From Candidatus Eiseniibacteriota bacterium (lineage in GTDB: Bacteria; Eisenbacteria; RBG-16-71-46): 64,000 bases of DNA. Positions 20,561-31,750 of this stretch are shown one piece after another (the first letter of the stretch is position 1; each line of letters starts with the position of its first letter). Made by a program: the position numbers and the translations under genes. The stretch is from the NCBI GenBank assembly GCA_963725865.1, contig CAVSAC010000012.1, positions 1,383,421-1,447,420 of the forward strand, in the 5' to 3' direction. The notes under the pieces were generated by a model. It worked only from the letters and a program-made list of their open reading frames with translations. It did not search any database and was not told the DNA's origin.

Positions 20561-23500
20561 ATGTCGAGCCGCCCCTCCGCGAAGGCGCTGCTGCGCGCTG
20601 TCTGCGTTCCGATCCTCCTCGCCTTGTCGCTCTCCAACGCCGTCGCGTCCGACTCGAGGATTGAGCCGCGCTTCGACGACGCAGGAGATCTCAACGCGTC
20701 CGCGGATACTGGCCCGAACTCGGCTGAGTTCCCTATCGCACGAGGCTCGTTCGGGCTCGCTGCGCCCCTTCAGGTCCAGTGTGAACCCGATCTCGCCATC
20801 AGTCTGGTTCCCGACAACGCGCCCTGCGCGGGCGAGATCGCCCGCTATCATGTTCTAGTCCGAAACGTGGGCTCGGGGCCGAGTGTGGGACCCATCATCG
20901 TCACGGATTCCCTCCCCTCCGGCCTCTCCTTCATCTCCGCCACCGGCTCCGGGTGGAGCTTCCAGACTCAGGGATCGATCCTGACGGCGACTTACTCGGG
21001 CTCGCTCGAGGTGGGCGCCAGCACGCGCTTCGACCTCGAAGTGCGCGTTGCCGCCGACGCGGCGCCCGGCCTGGTCCATGTGGTCAGTCTCGCCGGCGGC
21101 GGGGACGCGAATCTCTGCAACAACCGCGACCAGGTCGTCGTGCGACTGTGTGCCGAGCCCGACCTGGCGATCGACAAGCGGCACTCGTCGGACTTCACCG
21201 TCGGGCTGCGTGGGACCTACACGATCCTGGTCCTCAACGTTGGGCAGGCGCCGACCTCCGGCACCATCACGGTCACCGATACCCTTCCCAGCGGCCTGAC
21301 GTTCAGCAGTGGGTCGGGCCCGGGTTGGTCCTTCAGCTCGAGCGGGCGAATCGTCACGGCGCGCCATGCGAGCCCGCTCAACCCCGGCGACACGCTCGTG
21401 TTCACCGTGCGGGTGAACGTCGCGGCCGCCGCAGTTCCCGAGGTCGTCAACTGCGCCGCGGTCTCCGTCTGCAATGACCACCACCCCGAGAACGACCGGG
21501 ATTGCGACCCGACCGACGTCCAGCCTGCCCCTCCCGACCTCTCCATCTGCCTGACCCGAACCAACTGCCCCTGTGTCGGCGACACGGCCAGATACCGAGT
21601 CCAGATCCAGAACGTCGGCAAGGGACCGTGCTTCGGCATCATCACCGTGACCGACACGCTCCCAGACGGCCTCACGTTCCTGAATGGGACCGGAGCCCGG
21701 TGGACCTTCGCCCTCGACGGCCAGGTCCTGACGGCCAGTCACGAAGGGCCACTCGCCCCCCGGGACACACTCGGGTTCCGGATGGAACTCGCCGTCGGGC
21801 CGGCCGCCTATCCCAGCGTGACGCACTATGTGACCGTCCATGGCAACGGGGACCTCAATCCGAAGAACGATCGAGACAAGGACCGCCTGACCTTTTCCGC
21901 ATGCCCGGGCGCCATCGACCTGACGATCGACAAGCGGCACGGCGTGCCGTTCGTGGTGGGGAGCAATGGGACCTACACCATCGTGGTGACCAACGTCGGC
22001 ACGCTGCCGAGTGTCGGGACCATCACGGTGCTCGACACCCTGCCGAGCGGGCTGAGTTACGTGAGCGGCGCGGGCGCCGGCTGGACCATCAGCGCCACGG
22101 GCGCGATCGTGACCGCGACGCACCCTTCGCCGCTGGCGGCGGGCGACAGTCTCTCGTACACGCTGACGGTGGCGGTGGCGGGCTCCGCGGTGCCGCTGGT
22201 GGTCAACGCGGCGACGGTCTCGGGCGGTGGCGACAGCAACCCCGACAACAACCGCGACGTCGATCCGACCCCGGTCGAAGGCGCGCCGGAGCCGGATCTG
22301 ACGGTGGACCTGAGTGCGCTGGGTGCTCCGTGCGTGGGTGAGACGGCGCGCTACCGGGTGGTGGTGAGCAACCTGGGGACCGTGCCGAGCGTGGGCACCA
22401 TCACGATGACGGACACCCTGCCGGCGGGGCTCTCGTTCGTGAGTGGATCCGGCCCCGGCTGGACCATCGTCAACACCGGTGCGGTCGTCACGGCGACCCA
22501 TCGCTCGCCGCTGGCGGTGGGCGACAGCCTGGCGCTGGAGCTGGTGGTGGCGGTGGGGAGCGCGGCGTACCCGACGGTGACCAACACGGTGTACGTGACG
22601 GGCGGCGGCGACACGACCCCGGCGAACGATCGGGCGAGCCATGTGCTGGCGGTGTGCCCGGGCACCATCGACCTGACGATCGACAAGCGGCACGGCGTGC
22701 CGTTCGTGGTGGGGAGCAATGGCACCTACACGATCGTGGTGACCAACCTGGGCACGCTGCCGAGCGTCGGCACCATCACGGTGCTCGACACCCTGCCGAG
22801 CGGACTGAGTTACGTGAGCGCCTCCGGCGCTGGCTGGACCATCAGCGCCACGGGCGCGATCGTGACCGCGACGCACGCGTCCCCGCTCGCCGCGGGCGAC
22901 AGTCTCTCGTACACGCTGACGGTGGCGGTGGCGGGCTCCGCGGTGCCGCTGGTGGTCAACGCGGCGACGGTCTCGGGCGGTGGCGACAGCAACCCCGACA
23001 ACAACCGCGACATCGATCCGACCCCGGTCGAAGGCGCGCCGGAGCCGTCGACCTGACGATCGACAAGCGGCACGGCGTGCCGTTCGTGCGTGGGGAGAAC
23101 GGCACGCTACACGGATCGTGGTGACCAACCTGGGCACGCTGCCGAGCGTCGGCACCATCACGGTGCTCGACACCCTGCCGAGCGGACTGAGCTACGTGAG
23201 CGGCTCCGGCGCTGGCTGGACCATCACCAACACCGGCGCGATCGTGACCGCGACCCATCGCCTCGCCGCTGGCGGCGGGCGACAGTCTCTCGTACACGCT
23301 GACGGTGGCGGTCGCGCCGGCGGCGGTGCCGTTGGTGGTCAACGCCGCGACGGTCTCGGGCGGCGGCGACAGCAACCCCGACAACAACCGCGACACCGAT
23401 CCGACCCCGGTGGGCGGCACCATCGACCTGACGATCGACAAGCGGCACAGCGTGCCGTTCGTGGTGGGGACGAACGGCACCTACACGATCGTGGTGACCA

Positions 23501-26500
23501 ACCTGGGCACGCTGCCGAGCGTCGGCACCATCACGGTGCTCGACACCCTGCCGAGCGGACTGAGCTACGTGAGCGCCTCCGGTGCTGGCTGGACCATCAC
23601 CAACACCGGCGCGATCGTGACCGCGACCCACCCTTCCCCGCTCGCTGCGGGCGACAGTCTCTCGTACACGCTGACGGTGGCGGTCGCTCCGGCGCGCGGT
23701 GCCGTTGGTGGTCAACGCCGCGACGGTCTCGGGCGGTGGCGACAGCAACCCCGACAACAACCGGGACATCGATCCCACGCCGGTCGGCGGCACTGGGAGG
23801 CTGGTGGTCGAGAAGCAGGTCTCTCCGACCGAGGCCGAAGTGGGTGACGTCGTCGACTACACCATCACGATCCGCAACGTCGGGACGGGAGATCTCCACC
23901 ACGTGCGGGTGGAGGACACGCTCCCGGCTGGCTTGAGCTACGTGGCGGGCTCCTCGCGACTGGACGGCATCCGGGTCCCGGATCCCGACGGCGCGCCAGG
24001 GCCATCTCTGCGATTCGAGATTGGCGACGTCATGGCGGGTCAGTCGCGCCGTCTGCTCTATCGCGTCGAGGTGCGCGCTGGGGCCGAGCTGGGTTCGGGT
24101 ACGAACCTCGCGTTCGCAGGCACCCCGGATGACTCCAGCGGTGGTTCGAACGTCGCCGAGGCCACCCTGAAGATCCGCAACGTGACGTTCGCGGACGAAG
24201 GCATCCTGATCGGCAAGGTATTCGTCGATTGCGACTGCGACACCAATGGAATCCAGGGCGCTGAGGAACTCGGGATCCCAGGCGTGCGCCTGTATCTCGA
24301 GGATGGCAGCTCCGCGATCACCGATTCCGAGGGCAAGTACTCGTTCGCCAATCTCCGGCCGCGACTGCACGTCGTGCGCATCGACGCGAGCACGCTGCCC
24401 GCCGCGGTCGACCTCAAGTCGCTCTCGAACCGCGATGCCGGGGATCCGCTCAGTCGCTTCGTCGATCTCACGAAGGGCGAACTCCATCGTGCCGACTTCG
24501 CGACTCGGACGTGCGCCCCCACGGTGCTCGCCCAGGTCAAGACGCGGCGGCGTCTCGGCGAGATCACGGGACCGTCGCCCGCGGGCCAGCCCGGTCTCAT
24601 GAGCGGCTCGGCCTTGCAGCCCCTCTCGCGTCCGCCGCTGGGGTCGCTCCTGCTCGTGGGCGTCCTGGACGGCCGCCTCGACTGGCGGTCGCTCAAGGCC
24701 GGCGAACTCTACGGGGTGCGGCGTGATGCATTCGACGATCTACTCCAGGACGCCACCTTTGATCGCGACCATGGACGTCTCAGGGGCGCAGGTCGTGGGG
24801 CCCTGTTCGCAAAGGGCGACATCGGCCACGATCTGCTCCTGACGCTGCGATACGACAGCGAGCGCGATCCGTCCCAGCGGCGATTCCGCGATCTGCGCCC
24901 CGAGGAAGGCTTCGATCTCTTCGGCGATGCGTCGATCCACGAGTTCGACGCCCGATCCACGAGCCGGCTGTATGCGCGGATCGACCGTGGCGCGTCGTAC
25001 GCGATGTTCGGCGACTTCGTCACACCGACCAGTGACCTGCGGCAACTCGGCGCATTCACCCGCAGCCTGAACGGTGCCGTCGTGCACGCCGAAGGACGAT
25101 CGGGCGCGGTCAGCGGATTCGGCACCCAGGCGCGCGAGCGACAGGTCGTTGACGAGATCGCGGGCCGCGGCGTGTCGGGGCCGTATGCGCTCTCGCGGCC
25201 CGACGGCGTGGTGGGCACGGAGATCGTCGAGATCCTGGTGCGCGACCGGAACCAGCCGTCGCGCGTGCTCAGCCGCGAGCGCAAGGTACGCTTCGTGGAC
25301 TACACCCTCGAGCCATTCACGGGCCGACTGCTGTTCCGGCAGCCGGTGCCGAGTCTCGACGAGCACCTCGACCCGGTGTCGATCCGGGCGCTGTACGAAG
25401 TGCAGTCGGCCGGGGCCGGCTACGGCGTGTATGGCGGCGAGGCGACGCTCACGGCGTCGCAGCGCGTCACGTTCGGCGTCGCAGCTTCCCGCGACGAGGA
25501 CCCCGCGACTCCTCGTGGGCTGGCGAGTGCCCAACTCGCGCTGCGTCCGGTCGGCGGACTGGTGCTGACCGGCGAGGTGGCTCACAGCGATTCGGGTGGC
25601 GCACTGTTCGACGGGCAGCGAAAGGCCGAAGCCTGGCGGAGCGAGGCGCGGTTCGACCAGGGCGGATTCGGGGCACACGCGTTTGTGCAGCGCAGCGATC
25701 CTCACTTCGACAATGCGTCCGCTGGGATTCTGAGCGGACGCGAGGAGCTGGGCGCGGATGCGCGCCTGCAGGCCGGTGGGTCGTGGCTGAACGGCCGCGC
25801 GCTGCGCACCGAGGACCTGATCGGCGGCGGGCGTCGCGATGGGCTCGACGCCGCGGCCGGCCGGCGATTCGGCCGGCTGAGTGCCGAGGCTGGCTATCGG
25901 TGGGCGCACGAGACCACCCTGCCGGCGACCCCGCCGATGACCGGGATCGCGCCCAACTCGGTGTCGGCGGTGCGCGGCCGGCTCTCCACCGAGCTGCCCG
26001 CCGTCACCCCGGGCTCGATCTTCGCGGAGTACGAGAAGGACGTCGAGCAGTCGCGTGCGGACCGGCTGGCGCTGGGTGGCGACGTGCACGTCACTCCGCA
26101 CGCGCGCCTGTACGCGCGCCACGAGAACCTCGCGTCGCTGGCGGGACCGTTCGCGATCAACGATCAGCAGGAGCAGGCGACGACACTGGTGGGGTTCGCC
26201 AGCGACGAGGCGCGGGACGGCTCCGTGTTCAGCGAATACCGCGCGCGTGACGCGTTCGCCGGGCGCGACATCCAGGCGGCGATGGGGCTGCGGAACCGCT
26301 GGCAGGTCCGTCCCGGGCTCCGCGTCGATGGATCGCTGGAGCACGTCGAAGTGATTCGCGGCGGCGCGGGCGATGCGACCTCCGTCACCGGCGGCCTCGA
26401 GTACACGCGCGATCCGCTCTGGAAGGGCACCGCGCGGGTGGAGTTCCGCACCCAGTCCAGCGTGGAGCAGTGGCTGGCCTCGGGGAGCGCGGCGCGCAAG

Positions 26501-28246
26501 CTCTCGAGGGACTGGACGGGGCTGGCGCAGAGCACGTGGTTCTGGACTCCGGACGAAGCGCGGATGGACGAGCGCTCGCGACTCGGACTCGCCTGGCGAC
26601 AGACCGACCGCGACGCGTGGGATGCGCTGGGCCGTTACGAGCATCGCCTCGAGCGCGTCGGTCACGGAACCGATCCGTTCAAGCGCGCGACCCACATCGT
26701 CGCCGGCGACCTGAACTGGCACCCGGCGCAAGGGTGGACGCTCGCCGGGCAGTCGGCGGCCAAGTGGCACGTGTCGGAGCGCAGTGGCAGTCGTGTGTCC
26801 ACGGACGCGCAGTTGTTCGGCGCGCGGGCGATGGTCGACGTGACGCGGCGGCTCGACTTCGGGCTCATCGGCCGTGGGCTGTTCAGCCATCACTTCGACG
26901 CGCGGCAGAGTGGTCTGGGCGCCGAGCTCGGCGGCGTGGTGACGCGGGACCTGCGACTGGCGGTCGGCTACAACGTGTTCGGCGTGCGTGACGCCGAACT
27001 CACCTCCGGCGAGTGCACGGACCGTGGACCCTACGTGCGGTTCGGGCTCAAGTTCGGGGACGGATGGTTCGGCGGCGCGCGTCGACGCGCGGACGACGGG
27101 GCCACACGCCCACTGGGATTCGCCGGATCGCCGGCACTCGCGGATCGCGCGGCGGCACCCGAAGGGGCATCTGCGGTGGCGCCCACGGCTCTGACCCCGC
27201 TGGGCCATCGGATGACCGACGAGGCGATCGCGCGCGACCTGGCGGCGATCGACGCTTGGCAGGCGCGCCTGGCGGGTCTGCCGGGGACGCCGCAGGATCC
27301 GTGGCGCGCGGAGGCCGCGCGAGGATGGCTCGACGTGGCCCGCGTGGAGTACACCGACAACGACGAGACCGGCTTCGCGGAAGGAGCGTTCGCGCTCGGC
27401 ACGTCGCTGATCGAGGCGATCGAGTCGGGTGTACGCCCCGCACGTCCGGGCGAGGTGCCCCCGGCGGCGATGTTGCCGGGCTCGCCCCGCGCACGCGCGG
27501 ATCTGTGGGCCGAGCTCGAGCGCCTGAAGCAGTCACCGGGGTTCAGTTGCGCGGCGGAAGACCTGGCGCGGATGGAGATCGAGCTGGCGTGGGCCGGCAA
27601 CGAGCAGGTCAACCAGGGAGACTGCATCAGCTCGCCGCATCTCGACGAGGCGGAGCGGCTGGTCCGGAAGGCAGGCAAGGCCGCGGCCGACTGCGCGCCG
27701 CTGGCGCCGCCGGTCGTGACGCCGAGCCCGGAGCCTGCCCCGAGCGTGCCGGTGCTGCCGCCGCTCCCCGACCTGTCGCGGATCCCGCGCGACGTGCACT
27801 TCGCGTTCGACCGCTGCGAGCTGGGTCCGCTCTCGCAGGAAATCGTGCGGCAGATCGCGGACGCCATGAAGAGCCGTCCGAGTCTCCGCCTGCGCCTCGA
27901 GGGATTCACCGACGTGCGGGGCACCAACGCCTACAATGAAGGCCTATCGGCGTGCCGAATCTGCGCCGTTCGCAGCCTGCTGGAGGAGCTCGGCATCGAT
28001 GGCTCGCGCATCGTGGGAGTCCCTCGCGGAGAAGCCTCGCCGGTCTCGCTCGAGCAAACGCGGCGCGCGCATGCCCTCAACCGGCGCGTCGAGATGACTC
28101 TGCTCGACGAGAATGGCCGAGCGCTGCCCGCGGACTCTCAGCGCGAGGATCTTCGCATCGAAGCGCCACCGAGACCCGGCGCACGGATCCCGCGGGTGGC
28201 GGCGCCGCGATTCCCGCGCGATCGAACTCCGCAGTGCTCGCTTTGA
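20561..28246 (+). CDS. Giant surface protein: signal peptide, about 9 DUF11 Ig-like repeats, SdrD-B-like domain, large beta-barrel-like region, helical domain, OmpA C-terminal domain; frameshifted at ~23045-23700
   Basis: Repeated YTIVVTN.G...ITV.DTLPSGL.YVS...N.D units; IGKVFVD.D..GIQ..E.GIPGVRLYLEDG; C-terminal VHFAFD, GFTDVRG..YN..LS, NRRVE. Track fragments 20468..23056, 22980.., 23305.. and 23699..28246 continue one repeat series. Confidence 0.8.
21914..23790 (+). repeat. Four near-identical ~375-bp DUF11-coding repeats plus one divergent unit
   Basis: Unit start (A/G)TCGACCTGACGATCGACAAGCGGCAC at 21914, 22667, 23047 and 23422; a divergent unit lies at ~22295-22665. Confidence 0.9.
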
Positions 28247-28252
28247 CGGCCA

Positions 28253-28277
28253 GGGGGCCGGGTCGGGCCCGGCCCTC
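28253..28277. terminator. Hairpin between convergent genes
   Basis: GGGGGCCGGG-TCGGG-CCCGGCCCTC, 10-bp stem including one G-U pair. Confidence 0.4.
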
Positions 28278-28324
28278 CTTCGCCGTACGCCCTCCGTCGT
28301 GGAGCCGCTGGGCCCGGTCGCGGC

Positions 28325-29248
28325 TCAGGCGATCCAGTGCTGGACGCCTTCGGCCGCGAGGAACGCCGCCGCGCCGGGGCCCCGCAGGTACGCGAGCGTG
28401 GAAAGCGTTCCCGCCTCGATGCAGCTGCTCGCCAGCACCGTGACCGAACGTGGCGCGTTCTCCACCGGCCACCCGGTGCGGGGATCGAGGATGTGACCCA
28501 GCCGGCGACCCTGCCAGCGGACGAAGCGGCGGGCGTCCCCGCTGGTCGCGAGTCCGCCGCGCTCGAATTCGATTCGGTACAGGGCGGCCGCCCCGGTGCG
28601 ATCGGGGTCGTCCACGCCCGCGATCCACGGGCGACCGCCGCGACGGGCGCCGCTCGCGAACAGATCGCCGCCGAAATTGACCAGGAACGCGCACGAGGTC
28701 CGCGCGGCCACCCGCACGGCGGCCCGATCGACCGCGTACTCCTTGCCGATGCCGCCCAGATCGATCTCCATCCCGGCCGGCATGGTGAGCGTGGCGTCCT
28801 CCCAGCGGACCCGGTGCCAGCCGACCAGCTGCAGCACCTCGCGGACCGCGTCCTCGGAGGGAACTCGCTCTCCCCCGTCGAACGTCCAGATCCGACGCAG
28901 CACGCCCGACGTGACGTCGAAACGACCTTCCGACATCTCGTGGCACGTCGCGGCGTAGTCCAGCAGCGAGGCGGTTTCGGCGTCAACCGCGACGGGGCTC
29001 CCGGCCGCATGGTTGATGCGATGGACGATGTTGTCGGACCGGTAGCGGCTGAACTTCAGCTCGATGCGGCGGGTCTCGCTCTCGACGAGCTCGAGCAGCG
29101 ACTCGACCATGCCACCGTCGTCCGAGTCCACGAGCAGCTCGCACGGACTCGCCATCGCCTCGAAGGCGCCGCGATGATAGTCCTCGATGCGCGTCACCGG
29201 ACGCGGCCCGTCGCCGCGCCCGGTCGTCGAGCGATCCGTCTTCGGCAC
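28325..29248 (-). CDS. apbE: FAD:protein FMN transferase (ApbE family), copy 1
   Basis: F.AMASPC, FSRYR, SEGRFDVT, IDLGGIGKEYAVD, NFGGD, ATSGD..R, HILDPRTGWP. Confidence 0.92.
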   Translation of the reverse strand: MPKTDRSTTGRGDGPRPVTRIEDYHRGAFEAMASPCELLVDSDDGGMVESLLELVESETRRIELKFSRYRSDNIVHRINHAAGSPVAVDAETASLLDYAATCHEMSEGRFDVTSGVLRRIWTFDGGERVPSEDAVREVLQLVGWHRVRWEDATLTMPAGMEIDLGGIGKEYAVDRAAVRVAARTSCAFLVNFGGDLFASGARRGGRPWIAGVDDPDRTGAAALYRIEFERGGLATSGDARRFVRWQGRRLGHILDPRTGWPVENAPRSVTVLASSCIEAGTLSTLAYLRGPGAAAFLAAEGVQHWIA

Positions 29249-29258
29249 GGCGCGCGCC

Positions 29259-30524
29259 TCAGAACGCGAAGGAGTAGCCGACGAGGACCGTGCCGATGCT
29301 CACGGGCGGCAGCAGGTTGTACTTGCGCTGGGCGCCGACCGCGGTCGCTGGATATCCGTCGCCCCATTGCCGGAGGTACTCCCCGCGCACCGTGAACTCG
29401 CCCGGGTAGTCCATCAGGTGGAAGCCGTAGGTCGCCCCCAGCGTGAGCGTGCGGAGCGGCCCAAGCCGGTAGTCGCTGGTCGCGTAGCGGGGCAGCGCCG
29501 TGCCCTCGACGATGCCGAAGCGGAAGAAGTCGGCGGCCGACTGCAGGTACATCCGCACGTGCGGCTGCACGTAGGTGTCGTTCTCGAGCTCGTGACGCAG
29601 CTTGAGGTCGAGCGTGTGGGAGCGCACGCCCCAGTCGTCCCAGTAGTACCGATAGTTCGAATACAGGACGTCGCGGGTCAGGTGGTAGACCGAGCTGGCG
29701 AACACGTCGCGCCGCAGGCGGGAGTCCGGACGGTTCTCCTTGAGCTGTCCGACCGTGAGCCCGCTGTCGGCGGAGATCAGGCTCACGACCTTGTAGGGCT
29801 CGGTGAGGTAGCCCCGCTCGGTCATCATCGAAGCGTTCACCGCCACCATCCATCGTCGCGTGAGCACCCGCGAGAGACCGATCAGCCCGTTGGCGACATC
29901 CTTCGACTCGTTGCCCGAGCCGGCGCGGACGAGTCCGTCGGCGAGTCCCACCGGGACCCCGCCCACCGGGAAGATGTCGTCGTGGTTGAAGCCGCCGCCG
30001 ACCGTCACGGTCGAGAGTCGGTGGAACAGGTCGACCGACCACTTCGCGTTGGCGCCGAGCGACTGGTAGTCCTTCTCCCGCGAGAAGTGCGCGCCGGTGG
30101 TCGAGGTGACGAGGCTGCCGAACGGCCGCCCGTACTCGAGATCGAGGGAACCGCGGATGTCCTGGAACATGCTCAGCGGGATCTGATCGGCCGCGTGGGT
30201 GGTGACGTTTCCCGACGCGGTCGTGGTGGTCTGGATGCGGCCCGACGGCATCGCGCCGCTCGGCGACGAGCCCGTGATCACGTCGAAGCCGAACTGGGCG
30301 GAGAGCGTCTGACCGTCGGCGAAGAGCCGTGTCACCCGCGCGACGGGCTCGACCACGTTGGTGCGGCCCTGCTCGGCGTACAGCAGCGTCGAGGCGTCGA
30401 CCTGGGTCGTCGGCGCGCCGTCCGCGCGCGCGAGGGTCGGCGTCGCGGACGCGAGCAACACGACCGCCGCGGTGCGCAGCCGGCTGCGGACCGCGGGCGC
30501 ATGGTCGATCGTGCTCAGTTGCAT
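29259..30524 (-). CDS. DUF3570-family outer-membrane beta-barrel, copy 1
   Basis: DVITGSSP, S.EKDY.S, GYLTEPY, E.RPDSR.R, YRYYWDDWGV.SHT, SDYRL, terminal YSFAF; start overlaps the DUF4266 GCN-stop. Confidence 0.85.
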   Translation of the reverse strand: MQLSTIDHAPAVRSRLRTAAVVLLASATPTLARADGAPTTQVDASTLLYAEQGRTNVVEPVARVTRLFADGQTLSAQFGFDVITGSSPSGAMPSGRIQTTTTASGNVTTHAADQIPLSMFQDIRGSLDLEYGRPFGSLVTSTTGAHFSREKDYQSLGANAKWSVDLFHRLSTVTVGGGFNHDDIFPVGGVPVGLADGLVRAGSGNESKDVANGLIGLSRVLTRRWMVAVNASMMTERGYLTEPYKVVSLISADSGLTVGQLKENRPDSRLRRDVFASSVYHLTRDVLYSNYRYYWDDWGVRSHTLDLKLRHELENDTYVQPHVRMYLQSAADFFRFGIVEGTALPRYATSDYRLGPLRTLTLGATYGFHLMDYPGEFTVRGEYLRQWGDGYPATAVGAQRKYNLLPPVSIGTVLVGYSFAF

Positions 30525-30748
30525 CCGCAGCCGCCGCCGCCGACGTCGTGTCCGCCGGTCGAGGCCTCCTTGCTGAAGTAGATGTGCTCGTCTACCGCCT
30601 GCTCCATCGGGAGCGGAATGAAGCGCATCTTCTTCTCCGCGAGCAGATCGCGGTCCCATGGCTTTACGGCGGTCGCGGCGCAGCCGCCGGTCGCCGCAAG
30701 CGCGGCGAACGACAGCAGCAGCTGCAGGAGTTGAAGTCGACGTCTCAT
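30515..30748 (-). CDS. DUF4266-family small lipoprotein, copy 1
   Basis: Lipobox-like TGGC, VKPWDRDLLA..M, HIYFSKEASTGG, C-terminal GGGGCGCN. Only the last 77 aa of the 880-aa track ORF are credible. Confidence 0.9.
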   Translation of the reverse strand: MRRRLQLLQLLLSFAALAATGGCAATAVKPWDRDLLAEKKMRFIPLPMEQAVDEHIYFSKEASTGGHDVGGGGCGCN

Positions 30749-31323
30749 GGAGGGCACGCTCCCTGGATCAGGGTCTCGAGCGGCCCGGTCTTCTGGGGAT
30801 CGAAGCCGGCGTGGGAATACAGGATGCTGCCGTCGGGGCCGATCAGGAAACTCGACGGCATGCCCGAGACCCTGAAGGCCTCGGCGGTCGAACCGCTGGG
30901 GTCGAACGCCACCTGGAACGGTGGCTTGAACTCCTGGAGGAACTGGTCCGCCAGCTCGCGGCGCTTGTCGAGGTTGATGGCGAGGACCGTGAGCCCTCTG
31001 CCCGCGTAGCGCTGATGGACGTCGGTGAGCCACGGGAACGATCGCCGACACGGCCCGCACCACGACGCCCAGAAGTCGATCAGCACCACGCGGCCGCGCA
31101 GCGACTGCAGCGTGACTGAGCCATCCGTGGTCGCCAGCTTGAAGGCGGGAGCCATGGCGCGGGGGGAAGTCGCTGGGTTCGACTTCGCGGCGGCTGGGAA
31201 CGGGGCGGCGAGCAGCGCGCCGCAGAGGAGGCCGAGGCTCCCGAACGATCGGAGCGCGCGGCCGCTGGAACGGATCGGAATCGATAAGTCGGGTGCTGAC
31301 CTGCCTGGGTCGGGATCGATCAT
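30745..31323 (-). CDS. TlpA-family thiol:disulfide oxidoreductase, module 1 (start uncertain)
   Basis: IDFWASWCGPCRRSFP, GMPSSFLI; hydrophobic signal-like segment. Confidence 0.88.
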   Translation of the reverse strand: MIDPDPGRSAPDLSIPIRSSGRALRSFGSLGLLCGALLAAPFPAAAKSNPATSPRAMAPAFKLATTDGSVTLQSLRGRVVLIDFWASWCGPCRRSFPWLTDVHQRYAGRGLTVLAINLDKRRELADQFLQEFKPPFQVAFDPSGSTAEAFRVSGMPSSFLIGPDGSILYSHAGFDPQKTGPLETLIQGACPP

Positions 31324-31563
31324 CCTGCCGTTCAACCTCCGCGGCTCGTGTCCAGCCGTTGCGACCACACCGTGTGCCTCCTGCCCCCATATATAGAGAG
31401 GAGCCCGGGCGCGACATTCTGTCCGCCACGGGCGACACCTCCGGGACGCGATCGACCGCCAACCGCGCCGGTGCGCGCCTCGCGAGAATTCTTACCCCGC
31501 AACCCGCTGCCTGCTCCCGGGTTTCGCGCGCCGCGCGCGATCGGGGCGCATGCTGCTCCCGGC

Positions 31564-31579
31564 TGGCGCGGCAGTTGCT
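31564..31579 (+). promoter_or_regulatory. Sigma-54 (-24/-12) promoter
   Basis: TGGCGCG-GCAG-TTGCT matches TGGCACG-N4-TTGCW with correct GG-N10-GC spacing; intergenic, upstream of the 31751 gene. Confidence 0.65.
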
Positions 31580-31750
31580 CGGGAATCGCAAACTCCGCGC
31601 GACGCGACCGCCGGGCGAGAAGCCCCACCCCGCGAATCGCCTCAAGCGACGCACGTTTCGCGTCGATGAGCCCTCTGCGTACCCACCGGCCGTGCCTCGC
31701 GGCCGGGCGGGCGAGTCATTCTCCACACGCGCGCAGGAGCCCGCACCCCG

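Noticed and set aside
21914..23790. Tandem repeats as a CRISPR array or mobile element
   Set aside because: Units are ~375-bp protein-coding DUF11 domains with no short repeat-spacer structure, cas genes or transposase.
19617..31400. Horizontally acquired island (slightly more A/T-ending codons by eye)
   Set aside because: No integrase, tRNA or flanking direct repeats, and the compositional shift could not be quantified.
31370..31750. Riboswitch (FMN or c-di-GMP) in the divergent intergenic region
   Set aside because: No consensus elements of these riboswitches could be matched by eye; only the sigma-54-like motif is supported.
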